This document shows, piece after piece, positions 11,520 to 23,390 of a stretch of 64,000 nt of DNA. The translations under genes were made by a program, and so were the position numbers. The notes under the pieces are model-generated. The model did no database searches and had not been told where the DNA came from. It saw nothing but the letters and a program-made list of their open reading frames with translations. Every line of letters starts with the position of its first letter. Position 1 is the stretch's first letter. This DNA comes from Macrostomum hystrix. Its lineage: Eukaryota; Animalia; Platyhelminthes. The stretch is taken from NCBI GenBank assembly GCA_950097015.1, contig CATNEN010000013.1, forward strand, positions 682,001 to 746,000, read 5' to 3'.

Positions 11520-12120
11520 ACCTCGCTTACTGCCCCAACATATGCCTCGACATAATTCCCTGCCCCGACTTTCATACCCACCTCACTCCCTGCCCTAACT
11601 TATACGCCTACCTCACTCCCTGCCCCAAATTTTACACCCACCTCACTCCCTGCCCTAACTTATACGCCTACCTCACTCCCTGCCCCAAATTTTACACCCA
11701 CCTCACTCCCTGCCCTAACTTATACGCTTACCTCACTCCCTGCCCCAAATTTTACACCCACCTCACTCCCTGCCCTAACTTATACGCCTACCTCACTCCC
11801 TGCCCCAAATTTTACACCCACATCTCTTCCTGCCCCAAATTTTACACCCACCTCACTCCCTGCCCCAACTTATGCACCCACTTCACTCCCTGCCCTAACT
11901 TATACGCCTACCTCACTCCCTGCCCCAAATTTTACACCCACATCTCTTCCTGCCCCAAATTTTACACCCACCTCACTCCCTGCCCCAACTTATGCACCCA
12001 CTTCACTCCCTGCCCCAACTTATGCACCCACCTCACTCCCTGCCGTAAATTTTACACCCACCTCACTCCCTGCCCTAAATTTAACACCCATCTCATTCCC
12101 TGTCCCAACTTATGCACCCT
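11520..12120. repeat. 30-bp minisatellite (cacctcactccctgccccaaattttacacc) with 60-bp alternation
   Basis: About 20 units alternating ...cctaacttatacgccta and ...cccaaattttacaccca. Confidence 0.9.
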
Positions 12121-12421
12121 GCGTACTAGTTATTTCGCCTATCTTGTATGCAAAAATTTTACTTTCTTATACAAACATAGCGTCTGCAAACAGTTCTTTG
12201 AGCACAGGGTTCTACATAGAAAAATCTATAATTTTCTCAGTTAAAAAGATGAGCCATGTACTTTTGCGCCTAGCTTACTGAGTAGCCGCTTACTGTCTGA
12301 CCCTTGCATATTTCCATGTTTTGTGCGCTAATTTAATCCTGTTCCGAAAAAAGCCCGTAACGCTACAAAAGTAAATTAGTTAAAAACACCTGTAAAAAAA
12401 TATTTTTTTTGGTAATCAAAG

Positions 12422-12580
12422 GCCGAAGAAGAGCAAGAGCATCATGAGCAGCAGTCTTCGGCGGACCAGCACCAAGCCGACCACTCGGCAGACGAAGAGG
12501 CAGCCGCGGCAGCGAGGATTCAGGCCGGTTTTCGGGGCTACCAGACGAGGAAACACCTGGCCGAGGCGAGAGAGCACGAG
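12422..12580 (+). CDS. 4xIQ protein exon 3 (IQ2: AAARIQAGFRGYQTRKHL)
   Basis: Acceptor tcaaag| at 12421, donor GAG|gtaggt at 12581, 159 nt, phase 0-0. Confidence 0.85.
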
Positions 12581-12790
12581 GTAGGTCTTTAATGGGAAAT
12601 ATGTTAAGTACTCATGATCAGACACACAAGAGGTACTCATCAGACACATGAGAGGTACACATGAGACACATGAGAGGTACTCATGAGACACATGAGAGGT
12701 AATTGGGAAAATCACGAAAAGTACTCATTGGGAACGCAAAAACGTAGGACGTACATAAAATCTGGCCGCACTGGCTTACTCAAATTGTAG

Positions 12791-12944
12791 CACGAGCAGC
12801 ACCATGAGCAGAGCCAGCAGCTCGATCAGCACGATCAGAAGCAGCAACAGCATCCGGCTGGCGACCATCATCTGGTGGACGATATTGATGAAAATGATCC
12901 CCTGGTGAACGCGGCGGCGACTAAAATTCAGGCCGGCTTCAAAG
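12791..12944 (+). CDS. 4xIQ protein exon 4 (His/Gln spacer + first half of IQ3: AATKIQAGFK)
   Basis: Acceptor ttgtag| at 12790, donor AAAG|gtttgt at 12945, phase 0-1. Confidence 0.85.
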
Positions 12945-13191
12945 GTTTGTCATTGTTTCGGTCTTCTTCTAAGCCTCGGCATAGCAACCAATCAGAATAA
13001 CGACATAACAACCAATCACAATAACGATTAGAATAACGATCAGAATAACAATCAGAATATAGCAACCATTTAGAACTACATAGAAGCCAATAAAAGACTG
13101 TATAGCAACAAGTGAAAATAGTCACATAGCAACCAATGAAGCAACTGCCTAGCAACAAATCACTAATAATGTGTATTTTTTTTCGTTCCAG

Positions 13192-13356
13192 GCATGCAGG
13201 CTCGAAAAGAAGTGAAGGAGCTTCGTAAGCACAAGGACGAGGATGCGGCAGCGGCGGCGTCAGATCATCACAGCGAAGCGGATGGTAATCATCACCATGA
13301 CAACCAGGAGCACTCGGCCGATGAGATGAACGCGGCGGCCGTAAAGATCCAAGCTG
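13192..13356 (+). CDS. 4xIQ protein exon 5 (end of IQ3 GMQARKEV; start of IQ4 AAVKIQA)
   Basis: Acceptor tttcgttccag| at 13191, donor GCTG|gtgagt at 13357, phase 1-1. Splicing completes the IQ consensus. Confidence 0.9.
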
Positions 13357-14115
13357 GTGAGTCATATTTAACATGATTTCAAATGCTTTTCTTTCTTTAA
13401 CTCTGCAAACTGCTACTTTCAGTAGTCTCAAGGCTTTCGCGTTTAATAAGGAAGTAATGGTATTTTTATTGACTGTCTAGTCAATGATTACTTAAAATTA
13501 GATACTCGAAATTAGTGATAATGTACCTTAAAAACTCAGTGGTCGAGGCTTGTCACGTGCCCGTCCTGAATTTGGTGGTTTTCATGCGGTTGTCTAAAAA
13601 TAGCAATAACCCAACCTTCGCTGGCCAATCAAGTTACAGCAAGGGTCTCCCAAGAGGTTGTCTATAAATAGCAACAATGCAAACACCCCGTAAGTTTTAT
13701 TCTTATAAACCTTTATTTCTGATCATTGTTTCGCTGCTAATTTTAAACAATGCATGAGAGTAAGAGTATGGTCCATTTGAATATAAACTAATATATATAT
13801 AAACTCATTAAGATAACATTGCTAAGGTCAATCACGGGATTAAGTTGGGCGTAGAAACAGAAGGATTCTCTAAACAAAGCGTTTCTAAAAATAGCAGCCA
13901 AAACGATTCAACCTTTCTTAGCCAATCAAATTTGAGGCACCCATTCCTATCTTTCTATGTATTCCTTGCTTTGACTAGACAACTGAAATAAGTTACTTTT
14001 TTATTTGTATCGTATTGACAAAGGTCGAGAGCTCGAATCTACTATAGAGGTCATAATCGTTTTGGCCGCTAATTCTTAGTGATATATTCTAATTAGCATC
14101 CAAATTATTAATCAG

Positions 14116-14196
14116 GCTTCAAGGGCTATAAGACGCGCAAAGAAATGGGCCGACTGCACGACCATCACGAGTCCGAGCAACCGCACGAGCAACCGC

Positions 14197-14243
<47 letters not shown>

Positions 14244-14294
14244 CAGCAGCAGCAGCAGCAGCAGCAGCAGCACGCGGATGGCGCCGAAAGCTAA
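14116..14294 (+). CDS. 4xIQ protein terminal exon (GFKGYKTRKEM, poly-Gln, stop)
   Basis: Acceptor atcag| at 14115, phase 1, completes IQAGFKGYKTR. (CAG)n poly-Q at ~14200-14270; TAA at 14292-14294. Spliced CDS from 7179 is 1383 nt = 460 aa + stop. Confidence 0.9.
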
Positions 14295-15950
14295 CTTGGG
14301 AATAGTGTCGCACAGATAGTTTGTGAAAGAAAATTCGCTCGATTTTAGAAACAGTTCTAGAGTAATGAGATTCTGTACAATGGCCAGCATCTTATCTTTA
14401 TCATCTCCCTGCTCTGCTTCTCAAGCTTATTGTATTTGTAACACAATTTGCCGCACCATTTGTCTCTGTCAATGTGTCCATTTTGCCATACCGAACCCCA
14501 TTCTGATTCGCGCTGAAATCCCCTGTCCAATACGTAGTTGAACTAATGTTGATGACGTCAATTAATTACTGTTTTCCATGCCTGAAATTCAAGTGGTCAT
14601 TGTTGATTGCACTGTGTTTTTAATATATTTATAGATAAGACAGATCGGTAATTGAAATGACACCTAAATGTGCAGCAAATAAGCCACAGTTAACCAGAGA
14701 TCTAATTCATATTCTTGAATAGCCTCCTTTCAGTAAATAGGAATATAGGCGTTTATACTTTAAACTACTATAGTCTGCTCTCTACTGTAAGTAGACTCAT
14801 TTGCACATGACCTTCGACTTTATGGTTCAAATTTTTACAAAGCCTTCATCCAAAGTGCACCGAATCTCCATTGATCTTAGTAACAAAGAAGATATTAGTA
14901 AAAGTGACAATGTGTCACATTTATGTTGTCTCTAGCCATCTTTGCAATGAAAGCAAGGCCAGAAGAATTTTTTTCGCAGTTTGTTATAAACAGTTCTACT
15001 AACAAAGGCCTATTGTCAGTGTTCAATCTGTGTAACAATGCTTTTTTGTTATTTGTTTGTTTTTTCAGTGTTATTTTGTATACAAAACACCAAAGTGAAT
15101 GTGTTCACCAATATAAAAAAGCGGTTAAAAATAATATTTCAAAATTTACATATAATTTTATTGATATTGATGCATTCTACAATTTTGTCCACAAGCTGTT
15201 TTGTCGTGAAGAGCAAATTTTGCCGCTTTTTAGATTGAAGTACATCCATAGACAATGGGACAGATTAGAGACAGCATGTGGACTGCATGGAATAACATGA
15301 GCTTCAATTATTCAGAATGAGCAGCAAATTCAAAGTTACTGCTTCTAATCTTTAGCTCCGCTGCTTCTGCCTTAAAAACCACTAAATAACACATAGAATA
15401 GGCATTGTTCTTAGGTAATAAACATGCTACTGACGATTCGCAAGTAGTCTAATTCGGACATTTCTCAGCGAGCCAGTCACAGCTTGCTAAATCGATTCGT
15501 ACACAACTCTGCATGAAATTTATCTATTTATTTACTTTATTTATTTGCCTGTGTAACCCTTAATGGCAGTTTTCCAAAAGTGCAACGTTTGAAAAGTATG
15601 TGAAATTTCGAGATGTTACTCAATGGGAAACATTAAACTGAACTTATTCGCATTGTCCTTTTTTTCGTGACGTCTCGCTTAAAGTCTCGGAGTCACTGCC
15701 ACCCACCCCAAGCCCCGTCTCTGTGCTTTTGTCTCTCTGTTTTTATCTAATATTGATCTTGTCTTGAAACTAAGAGTAAATAAAACATAAAAGAGTGTTT
15801 ATTGAATAACCTGACACAACTCGGATTCTGTGACGCTACATCGCTTGACAAACAGCAATTGCCGCGTTGCGTTTCAATCTTTGGTGCTTGAAGTTCTGGA
15901 GTCACCAGAGTGTATCACCAGTTACATATAAATATGAGAAATGTAAAAAT

Positions 15951-16386
15951 ATGAGACAGGGGAGAGATGAGACACGGGAGAGATGAGACACGGGAGAGAT
16001 GAGACACGGGAGAGATGAGACACGGGAGAGATGAGACACGGGAGAGATGAGACACGGGAGAGATGAGACACGGGAGAGATGAGACACGGGAGAGATGAGA
16101 CACGGGAGAGATGAGACACGGGAGAGATGAGACACGGGAGAGATGAGACACGGGAGAGATGAGACACGGGAGAGATGAGACACGGGAGAGATGAGACACG
16201 GGAGAGATGAGACACGGGAGAGATGAGACACGGGAGAGATGAGACACGGGAGAGATGAGACACGGGAGAGATGAGAAAGTGGAGAGATGAGACACGGGAG
16301 AGATGAGACACGGGAGAGATGAGACACGGGAGAGATGAGACACGGGAGAGATGAGATACGGGAGAGATGAGACACGGGAGAGATGA
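15951..16386. repeat. 16-bp minisatellite (gagatgagacacggga)n, reverse complement of the arrays at 27.0, 28.5 and 30.6 kb
   Basis: About 27 highly homogeneous units. Confidence 0.95.
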
Positions 16387-16424
16387 GGCCGAGGAAAGAT
16401 TAAACAGGATACTATATGTGTCGG

Positions 16425-16497
16425 AAGGGGCAACGGGCCGGATTTGGGAGCTTCGAGGCCCGCATCTGGCCCGCGGGCCGGAGTTTGCCGACCCCTG
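16425..16497 (-). mobile_element. Solitary terminus of a hAT/Charlie-like (MER58-type) DNA transposon
   Basis: Minus strand reads caggggtcggcaaactccggcccgcgggccagatgcgggcc, resembling from memory the CAGGGGTCGGCAAAC...CGGCCCGCGGGCC terminus of Charlie-family elements. No partner end found. Confidence 0.6.
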
Positions 16498-16502
16498 AGT
16501 TA

Positions 16503-16948
16503 CAGCCTTCCTTCCATCCTTCCATCCTTCCATCGTTCCTTTTTCCATCCTTCCTTCCATTCCATCCTTCCTTCCATCTTTCCATCCTTCCATCTTTCCA
16601 TCCTTTTATCTTTCCATCCTTCCATATTTCCATCCTTCCATCTTTCCATCCTTCCATCTTTCCATCCTTCCATCTTTCCATCTTTCCATCTTTCCATCCT
16701 TCCATCTTTCCATCCTTCCATCTTTCCATCCTTCCATCCTTCCATCCTTCCATCTTTCCATCCTTCCATCTTTCCATCCTTCCTTCCATTCCATCCTTCC
16801 ATACTTCCATCCTTCCATCTTTCCATCCTTCAATCTTTCCATCCTTCCATCTTTCCATCCTTCAATCTTTCCATCCTTCCATCTTTCCATCCTTCCATCT
16901 TTCTATCCTTCCATCTTTCCATCCTTCCATCTTTCCATCCTTCCATCT
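16503..16948. repeat. Pyrimidine-rich 16-bp repeat (ccatctttccatcctt)n
   Basis: Seen directly; built from 8-bp ttccatc[c/t] subunits. Confidence 0.9.
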
Positions 16949-17026
16949 TTAATAGAATGTATTTTTCCATTGACACTACTGTTGCAATTTTCCGAGTAGT
17001 GAACTGCGCATTGTCCGAGCTTAGTT

Positions 17027-17255
17027 GCCAATCCACTTTCATTGGCCAATCGGCTCCAGCCAATCAGAGAAGGGAACCAAGTAGAAGTCTCGCCCATCTC
17101 TCCCCCCTTACCCCCACCGCCTGTCAGAGTTGAAAGCCAAAAAAATAAGAGCGTTCGTTCCGGTTCCTACTCTGCCGCCATTGAGCCGATTCTCCTTTTG
17201 GCTATTGAAACGCGCCGGCGTGGACAACAATAAGCGCGTAAAACTCCTGCAAAGG
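17027..17255 (+). promoter_or_regulatory. CCAAT-box cluster and putative non-coding first exon (donor at 17256)
   Basis: Four CCAAT/ATTGG boxes within 17028-17064, a GC-rich ATG-free tract, then AGG|gtgagt. Linkage to the receptor gene is inferred. Confidence 0.4.
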
Positions 17256-17429
17256 GTGAGTAGAATTTACTGCAGTGCTGAGCTGGGACAACTCAGGGAC
17301 AAGATTTGACCTTGGGCATACAGTTAGGTTCGGGCTTTATTAAAAAATATGTTGGCTAATTCATCATGGAACGCCACAGAATAGGATTTCAGAATATAAT
17401 TCCGGCACTATCAGTACAATATCGGCCAG

Positions 17430-17985
17430 TCATTCAATCTCTCACTCTCACCCTGCCTCTCTGTGTTCAATCTCTCACTCTCACCCTGCCTCTCTGTGTT
17501 CAATCTCTCACTCTCACCCTGCCTCTCTGTGTTCAATCTCTCACTCTCACCCTGCCTCTCTGTGTTCAATCTCTCACTCTCACCCTGCCTCTCTGTGTTC
17601 AATCTCTCACTCTCACCCTGCCTCTCTGTGTTCAATCTCTCACTCTCACCCTGCCTCTCTGTGTTCAATCTCTCACTCTCACCCTGCCTCTCTGTGTTCA
17701 ATCTCTCACTCTCACCCTGCCTCTCTGTGTTCAATCTCTCACTCTCACCCTGCCTCTCTGTGTTAAATCTCTTACTCTCTCCCTGCCTCTCTGTGTTCAA
17801 TCTCTCACTCTCACCCTGCCTCTCTGTGTTCAATCTCTCACTCTCACCCTGCCTCTCTGTGTTCAATCTCTCACTCTCACCCTGCCTCTCTGTGTTCAAT
17901 CTCTCACTCTCACCCTGCCTCTCTGTGTTCAATCTCTCACTCTCACCCTGCCTCTCTGTGTTCAATCTCTTACTCTCAACCTACC
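17430..17985. repeat. 33-bp pyrimidine-rich minisatellite (ttcaatctctcactctcaccctgcctctctgtg)n
   Basis: About 17 near-identical units. Confidence 0.95.
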
Positions 17986-18779
17986 TGTATTTTAATTTGA
18001 TTTCTTTCTAAGCAGCCTAGACTTATTATTCCTAATCTCCCTGTCTCAATACCACGCCAATCTTCCATTTTCCCTATCGTTAAAAATTCCTCAAATCAGC
18101 AGCATTTTCAACCCAGGCAAAGCCAATGATGGTCCGCCAGTGCCGGATCTGGCTTGTTTTACAATTTTCAGTTCAGACCAAAATTAATAATTAACGCAGC
18201 CTTATCGATTCCATTGATTGGCCTATCTGCTGGGCTGCTGGATGAGTCTGTGCGGGATTAGGAAGTAAAGTTTTTTAGCTCCTCCTCACTCCTTTCCATC
18301 CTAAACCCCTTCCCACGGTAATCGCAGAAATCTCTGGTCGGTTATTGTTCTGGGGACAGGACTGAATTCAGTTTTGCTTATTTTGCAGCAGATAAAGAAC
18401 CATTCCCATCCCCATTGTAAGAGAAAAGCATATAGAATTTTGAGCACAGTTGAGCACAGTTTGAGAAATAACCTTTTCAGTGTGTGCCTTGAGATTGAAT
18501 TTCTATTATTTTTAACAAAATCCAAACGACAAAAAGGCAGACATTTGAGGCTAGCAACAAGGCGTTAGAGACACGATTTATACACTAGGACTGGTATAAG
18601 ACAACAGAGAATAAGGAAAACATGGCCTTCTGATACTAGCAAGCCAGGGACAAAGGACAGCTCATGTTGGGAAGTGGTTTGTGAAAGTGCAAATTTGTCC
18701 CCCCAACCCCTAGATAATATTAGACACCCAAGACGGAAAAATATGAAGAAGTCCAGATAGGACGTAGAACAGTACTAAT

Positions 18780-19710
18780 CCCAAATAGAACGGATCCCAT
18801 CCCAAATAGAACAGTTCCCATCCCAAATAGAACAGATCCCATCCCAAATAGAACAGATCCCATCCCAAATAGAACAGTTCCCATCCCAAATAGAACAGTT
18901 CCCATCCCAAATAGAACAGATCCCATCCCAAATAGAACAGTTCCCATCCCAAATAGAACAGATCCCATCCCAAATAGAACAGATCCCATCCCAAATAGAA
19001 CAGATCCCATCCCAAATAGAACAGATCCCATCCCAAATAGAACAGATCCCATCCCAAATAGAACAGATCCCATCCCAAATAGAACAGATCCCATCCCAAA
19101 TAGAACAGTTCCCATCCCAAATAGAACAGATCCCATCCCAAATAGAACAGATCCCATCCCAAATAGAACAGATCCCATCCCAAATAGAACAGATCCCATC
19201 CCAAATAGAACAGATCCCATCCCAAATAGAACAGTTCCCATCCCAAATAGAACAGATCCCATCCCAAATAGAACAGATCCCATCCCAAATAGAACAGTTC
19301 CCATAACAAATAGAACAGTTCCCATAACAAATAGAACAGTTCCCATCCCAAATAGAACAGTTCCCATCCCAAATAGAACAGTTCCCATCCCAAATAGAAC
19401 AGTTCCCATCCCAAATAGAACAGATCCCATCCCAAATAGAACAGTTCCCATCCCAAATAGAACAGTTCCCATCCCAAATAGAACAGTTCCCATCCCAAAT
19501 AGAACAGATCCCATCCCAAATAGAACAGATCCCATCCCAAATAGAACAGATCCCATCCCAAATAGAACAGATCCCATCCCAAATAGAACAGATCCCATCC
19601 CAAATAGAACAGATCACATCCCAAATAGAACAGATCCCATCCCAAATAGAACAGATCCCATCCCAAATAGAACAGTTCCCATAACAAATAGAACAGTTCC
19701 CATCCCAAAT
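18780..19710. repeat. 21-bp minisatellite (cccaaatagaacag[a/t]tcccat)n
   Basis: About 44 units. Confidence 0.95.
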
Positions 19711-20779
19711 AGAACAGTTTCCGTCCAAAATTACGTAAGAAAATTTCGAAGCCTGGTTGAAACTAAAAAGAAGGGAGCGGCAGAAATGAGGAAGACACCA
19801 GAAGAGAAAATTGGGATCAAGGAAGACCCTAGTTTTGCCGTTCGTCAGTCTCCGCCAACCCCATCACGGTATCGCATTGCCTTCCTTTCCATCCTCTCTC
19901 TGTCTCGTCCATCTCGTGGGGATTTCAAAATGGAAGCGAATGCGGGCTGTGTGGAGTCCCATTGCTGCTGTCTCGGACTCAAAAAGCCGAATATCAAATG
20001 GGGGGGAGGCTTTGGGTTCGGCTTGATAAGATTCCATCTCACATTCTGTGATCAGACTGACACCGCGGGCCAAGCCCCTATAAAATGACCCAACCCTGCC
20101 ACTGCTGTTTCTACTGCTGCTGCTGCTGCTGCTGCTGATTACCGAATGGGGATAGGGTCTAATTCGAATCCCCCCTAATGTCCCATTCTTCCCCTCCCAC
20201 TCGGCCTGTCGTAATCCTTGGGGTATCGGCGGACCCGACTAAAAAAGCCAGAAGGATCTAGGCGTGGACAAAAAATGAAACTTCATTGCATCATTTCTGA
20301 TTCTCCAGCCAAGGTGACCACAATAGGGAACGATTTTTCAAGCTAGTCAGAAGCTATCTACTCGTAGAACCATATGGAAGGCTTTTTTATACGATTATTG
20401 GGCGCATTAATTTGATCAGATAATCTCCTGTCTGGAACTGATGTGAATGCAGGATATCAGCACCAGACATGCCAGCCTCATAAAAAAGGAAATGATGACG
20501 GGGATGGGAGTGAGAGGTCAGCGTCTCGGTGGTCATGTGATATAATAAGATATTAAATATGCTTATATCAGCATCTTTGTTAATTGAATCTGATAAAGAT
20601 GGATCACTAAATTATTGGCTATGCACGGATGCATAATATCATTTTTCATCGTTAATTTTTATCCGACATTTTCGACCAAAACCCGAAAGTTGCTGTTAAA
20701 AGAGTCACGCAAACGATTAGCAGTAATGGGGCAATAAATTAACAAATAAAACCATTTTGAACTCAAGTACTATGATCCC

Positions 20780-21180
20780 ATATATACCATCTGAGCAGAT
20801 CCCAAATATAATCTGAGCAGATCCCAAATATAATCTGAGCAGATCCCAAATATAATCTGAGCAGATCCCAAATATAATCTGAGCAGATCCCAAATATAAT
20901 CTGAGCAGATCCCAAATATAATCTGAGCAGATCCCAAATATAATCTGAGCAGATCCCGAATATAATCTGAGCAGATCCCAAATATAATCTGAGCAGATCC
21001 CAAATACCATCTGAACATATCCAAAGTGCAATCTGAGCAGATCCCAAATACCATCTGAGCAGATCCCAAATATAATCTGAGCAGATCGCAAATATAATCT
21101 GAGCAGATCCCAAATATAATCTGAGCAGATCCCAAATATAATCTGAGCAGATCCCAAATACCATCTGAGCAGATCCCAAA
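20780..21180. repeat. 22-bp minisatellite (atctgagcagatcccaaatata)n
   Basis: About 18 units; shares cagatccca..aaat with the 18.8-kb array. Confidence 0.95.
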
Positions 21181-22621
21181 TTGTCATTTAGGAAATGGAA
21201 ATCGAAAATTATGTCTAGAATTAAATATTTAATTTTGAAGAAGCATTTTTGTGGCAAGCTATTAGCAAGAAATATATTAAACTTTGATGTAAATCCCAAA
21301 CCGGTTAGCTTAACTGTCTGTCTGCCACAGTAAACAGGTTCTGTCCATTACATCAGTTAATACAATCAAGGTCATTGAAGCTTTAAGGATATCAGAATGA
21401 AAATTTCCCCACTAGTAAGCGATCAGAGGAACAAGCGGAGACGGAAACGAACGACCAGATTATAAGAGCGATTGTTCATAAAAAGGCCGCTAATTTTTCT
21501 CCCATATAAACATTTTCCCCAATCCCAAACCGAACCTAAGAGGTGATGCGAGGATACCAAAAACACAGCTGCCGAGAGGGTGGAAAGAGAGAGACGGAGA
21601 GAGTGAGTGAAATCGAAATACTACTATCTATGGCTGATGGGGATAATTTTCCTATGGGAATTTTCTTGCTAGATATGCCACTATCTCTCTCTGTCTCACT
21701 CTAAAAATGCGCGATGAAATATATTCATGCAAGTATGCTGGAGGCCGCAGGAAAAAGTCCACGATCGCCTAAATGACAAAGCAGAAAAAAAACTAGCATA
21801 TTAATGGGACAGACTAGTAATGCCGTTACAGCCGCGTCCATTACTCTTGCTGTACGTGACCGACACGAATTTGTCATCTTGACAGGCCGACCAATTGATA
21901 TTACATAGCCGGGAATATAATAATTCTTCGGTCTGGTACACCGGTTAATCATCCCACCCAACCCAGTTTGCCAATGCGTCCGTCTTATTTTTAGTGGGAA
22001 AAAATGGGCACGCACTGAGGATAACTGGATGGATGGATGGATGGGTGGGTGAGGGCGTGTGGCAGGACCAGAGGAAGTCGAAGGTAATAACTCTTTGCCC
22101 GAGTCACAAAATCCTGATTAGCAGCACGACTCTGGGCCGGTTGCGTCACTGAATAAAGAAAATGAGAATGAAATAATAATGAAAATGAATGGCCAAACAA
22201 GGCCATACATAGGGCTTCGAGGTGCAGAGGGGGCGGAGTCTGAGAAAGCTCACGCACGCGCCGTGCTCAAGAAAATGGCCCACCTTTAGTGTAGCATTCT
22301 GCCTTGCCTAGTGAAGGCCCGGCTATAATCTGCTTCTTTCGAAGCCAACGTGATGAAGCCACAGAAAACTCTGGTTCTAAAGGTTGTGTGCGTGTGTGTG
22401 TGTGATTCTGCTTCAACTTCAAAGGCCAGAATTCACGACTGATTTCTTTATTTCAAAACGACACGAGGAAAGCAATACAGAGCCTACTTTGTGAACACTG
22501 TGTGCTCACTTCTCATTGATTCGTTGATTCGTTGGTATGGAAAAATTAGTATCTGCAACAATGTTCTTCAGATTCGTAGGACCTCCGTTTTGTTGCTAAA
22601 ATTTTCGATTCGTCTCTAGAC

Positions 22622-23390
22622 TAGAACAGTTCCCATCCCAATCAGAACAGTTCGAATCCCAAATAGAACAGTTCCCATCCCAAATAGAACAGTTCCCATC
22701 CCAAATTGAACAGTTCCCATCCCAAATTGAACAGTTCCCATCCCAAATTGAACAGTTCCCATCCCAAATTGAACAGTTCCCATCCCAAATTGAACAGTTC
22801 CCATCCCAAATTGAACAGTTCCCATCCCAAATAGAACAGTTTCCATCCCAAATTGAACAGATCCCATCCCAAATTGAACAGTTCCCATCCCAAATTGAAC
22901 AGTTCCCATCCCAAATTGAACAGTTCCCATCCCAAATTGAACAGTTCCCATCCCAAATGGCACAGTTTAATCCTAAATGGTACAGTTCCAATCCCAAATG
23001 GTACAGTTCCAATCCCATATGGCACAGTTCCAATCCCAAATGGTACAGTTCCAATCCCAAATGGTACAGTTCCAATCCCATATGGCACAGTTCCAATCCC
23101 AAATGGTACAGTTCCAATCCCGAATGGTACAGTTCCAATCCCATATGGCACAGTTCCAATCCCAAATGGTACAGTTCCAATCCCAAATGGTACAGTTTAA
23201 TCCCAAATGGTACAGTTCCAATCCCAAATGGTACAGTTCCAATCCCAAATGGTACAGTTCCAATCCCAAATGGTACAGTTCCAATCCCATATGGCACAGT
23301 TCCAATCCCAAATGGCACAGTTCCAATCCCAAATGGTACAGTTCCAATCCCTAATGGCACAGTTCCCATCCCTAATGGCACAGTTCCCAT
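22622..23390. repeat. 21-bp minisatellite with a polar shift from cccaaat[a/t]gaacagttcccat to cccaaatggtacagttccaat
   Basis: About 36 units; the 5' units are identical to the 18.8-kb unit and the switch occurs at ~22955. Confidence 0.95.

Noticed and set aside
14923-15300. 125-aa AT-rich ORF
   Set aside because: No coding-like composition, motif or splice context; probably 3'UTR or intergenic.
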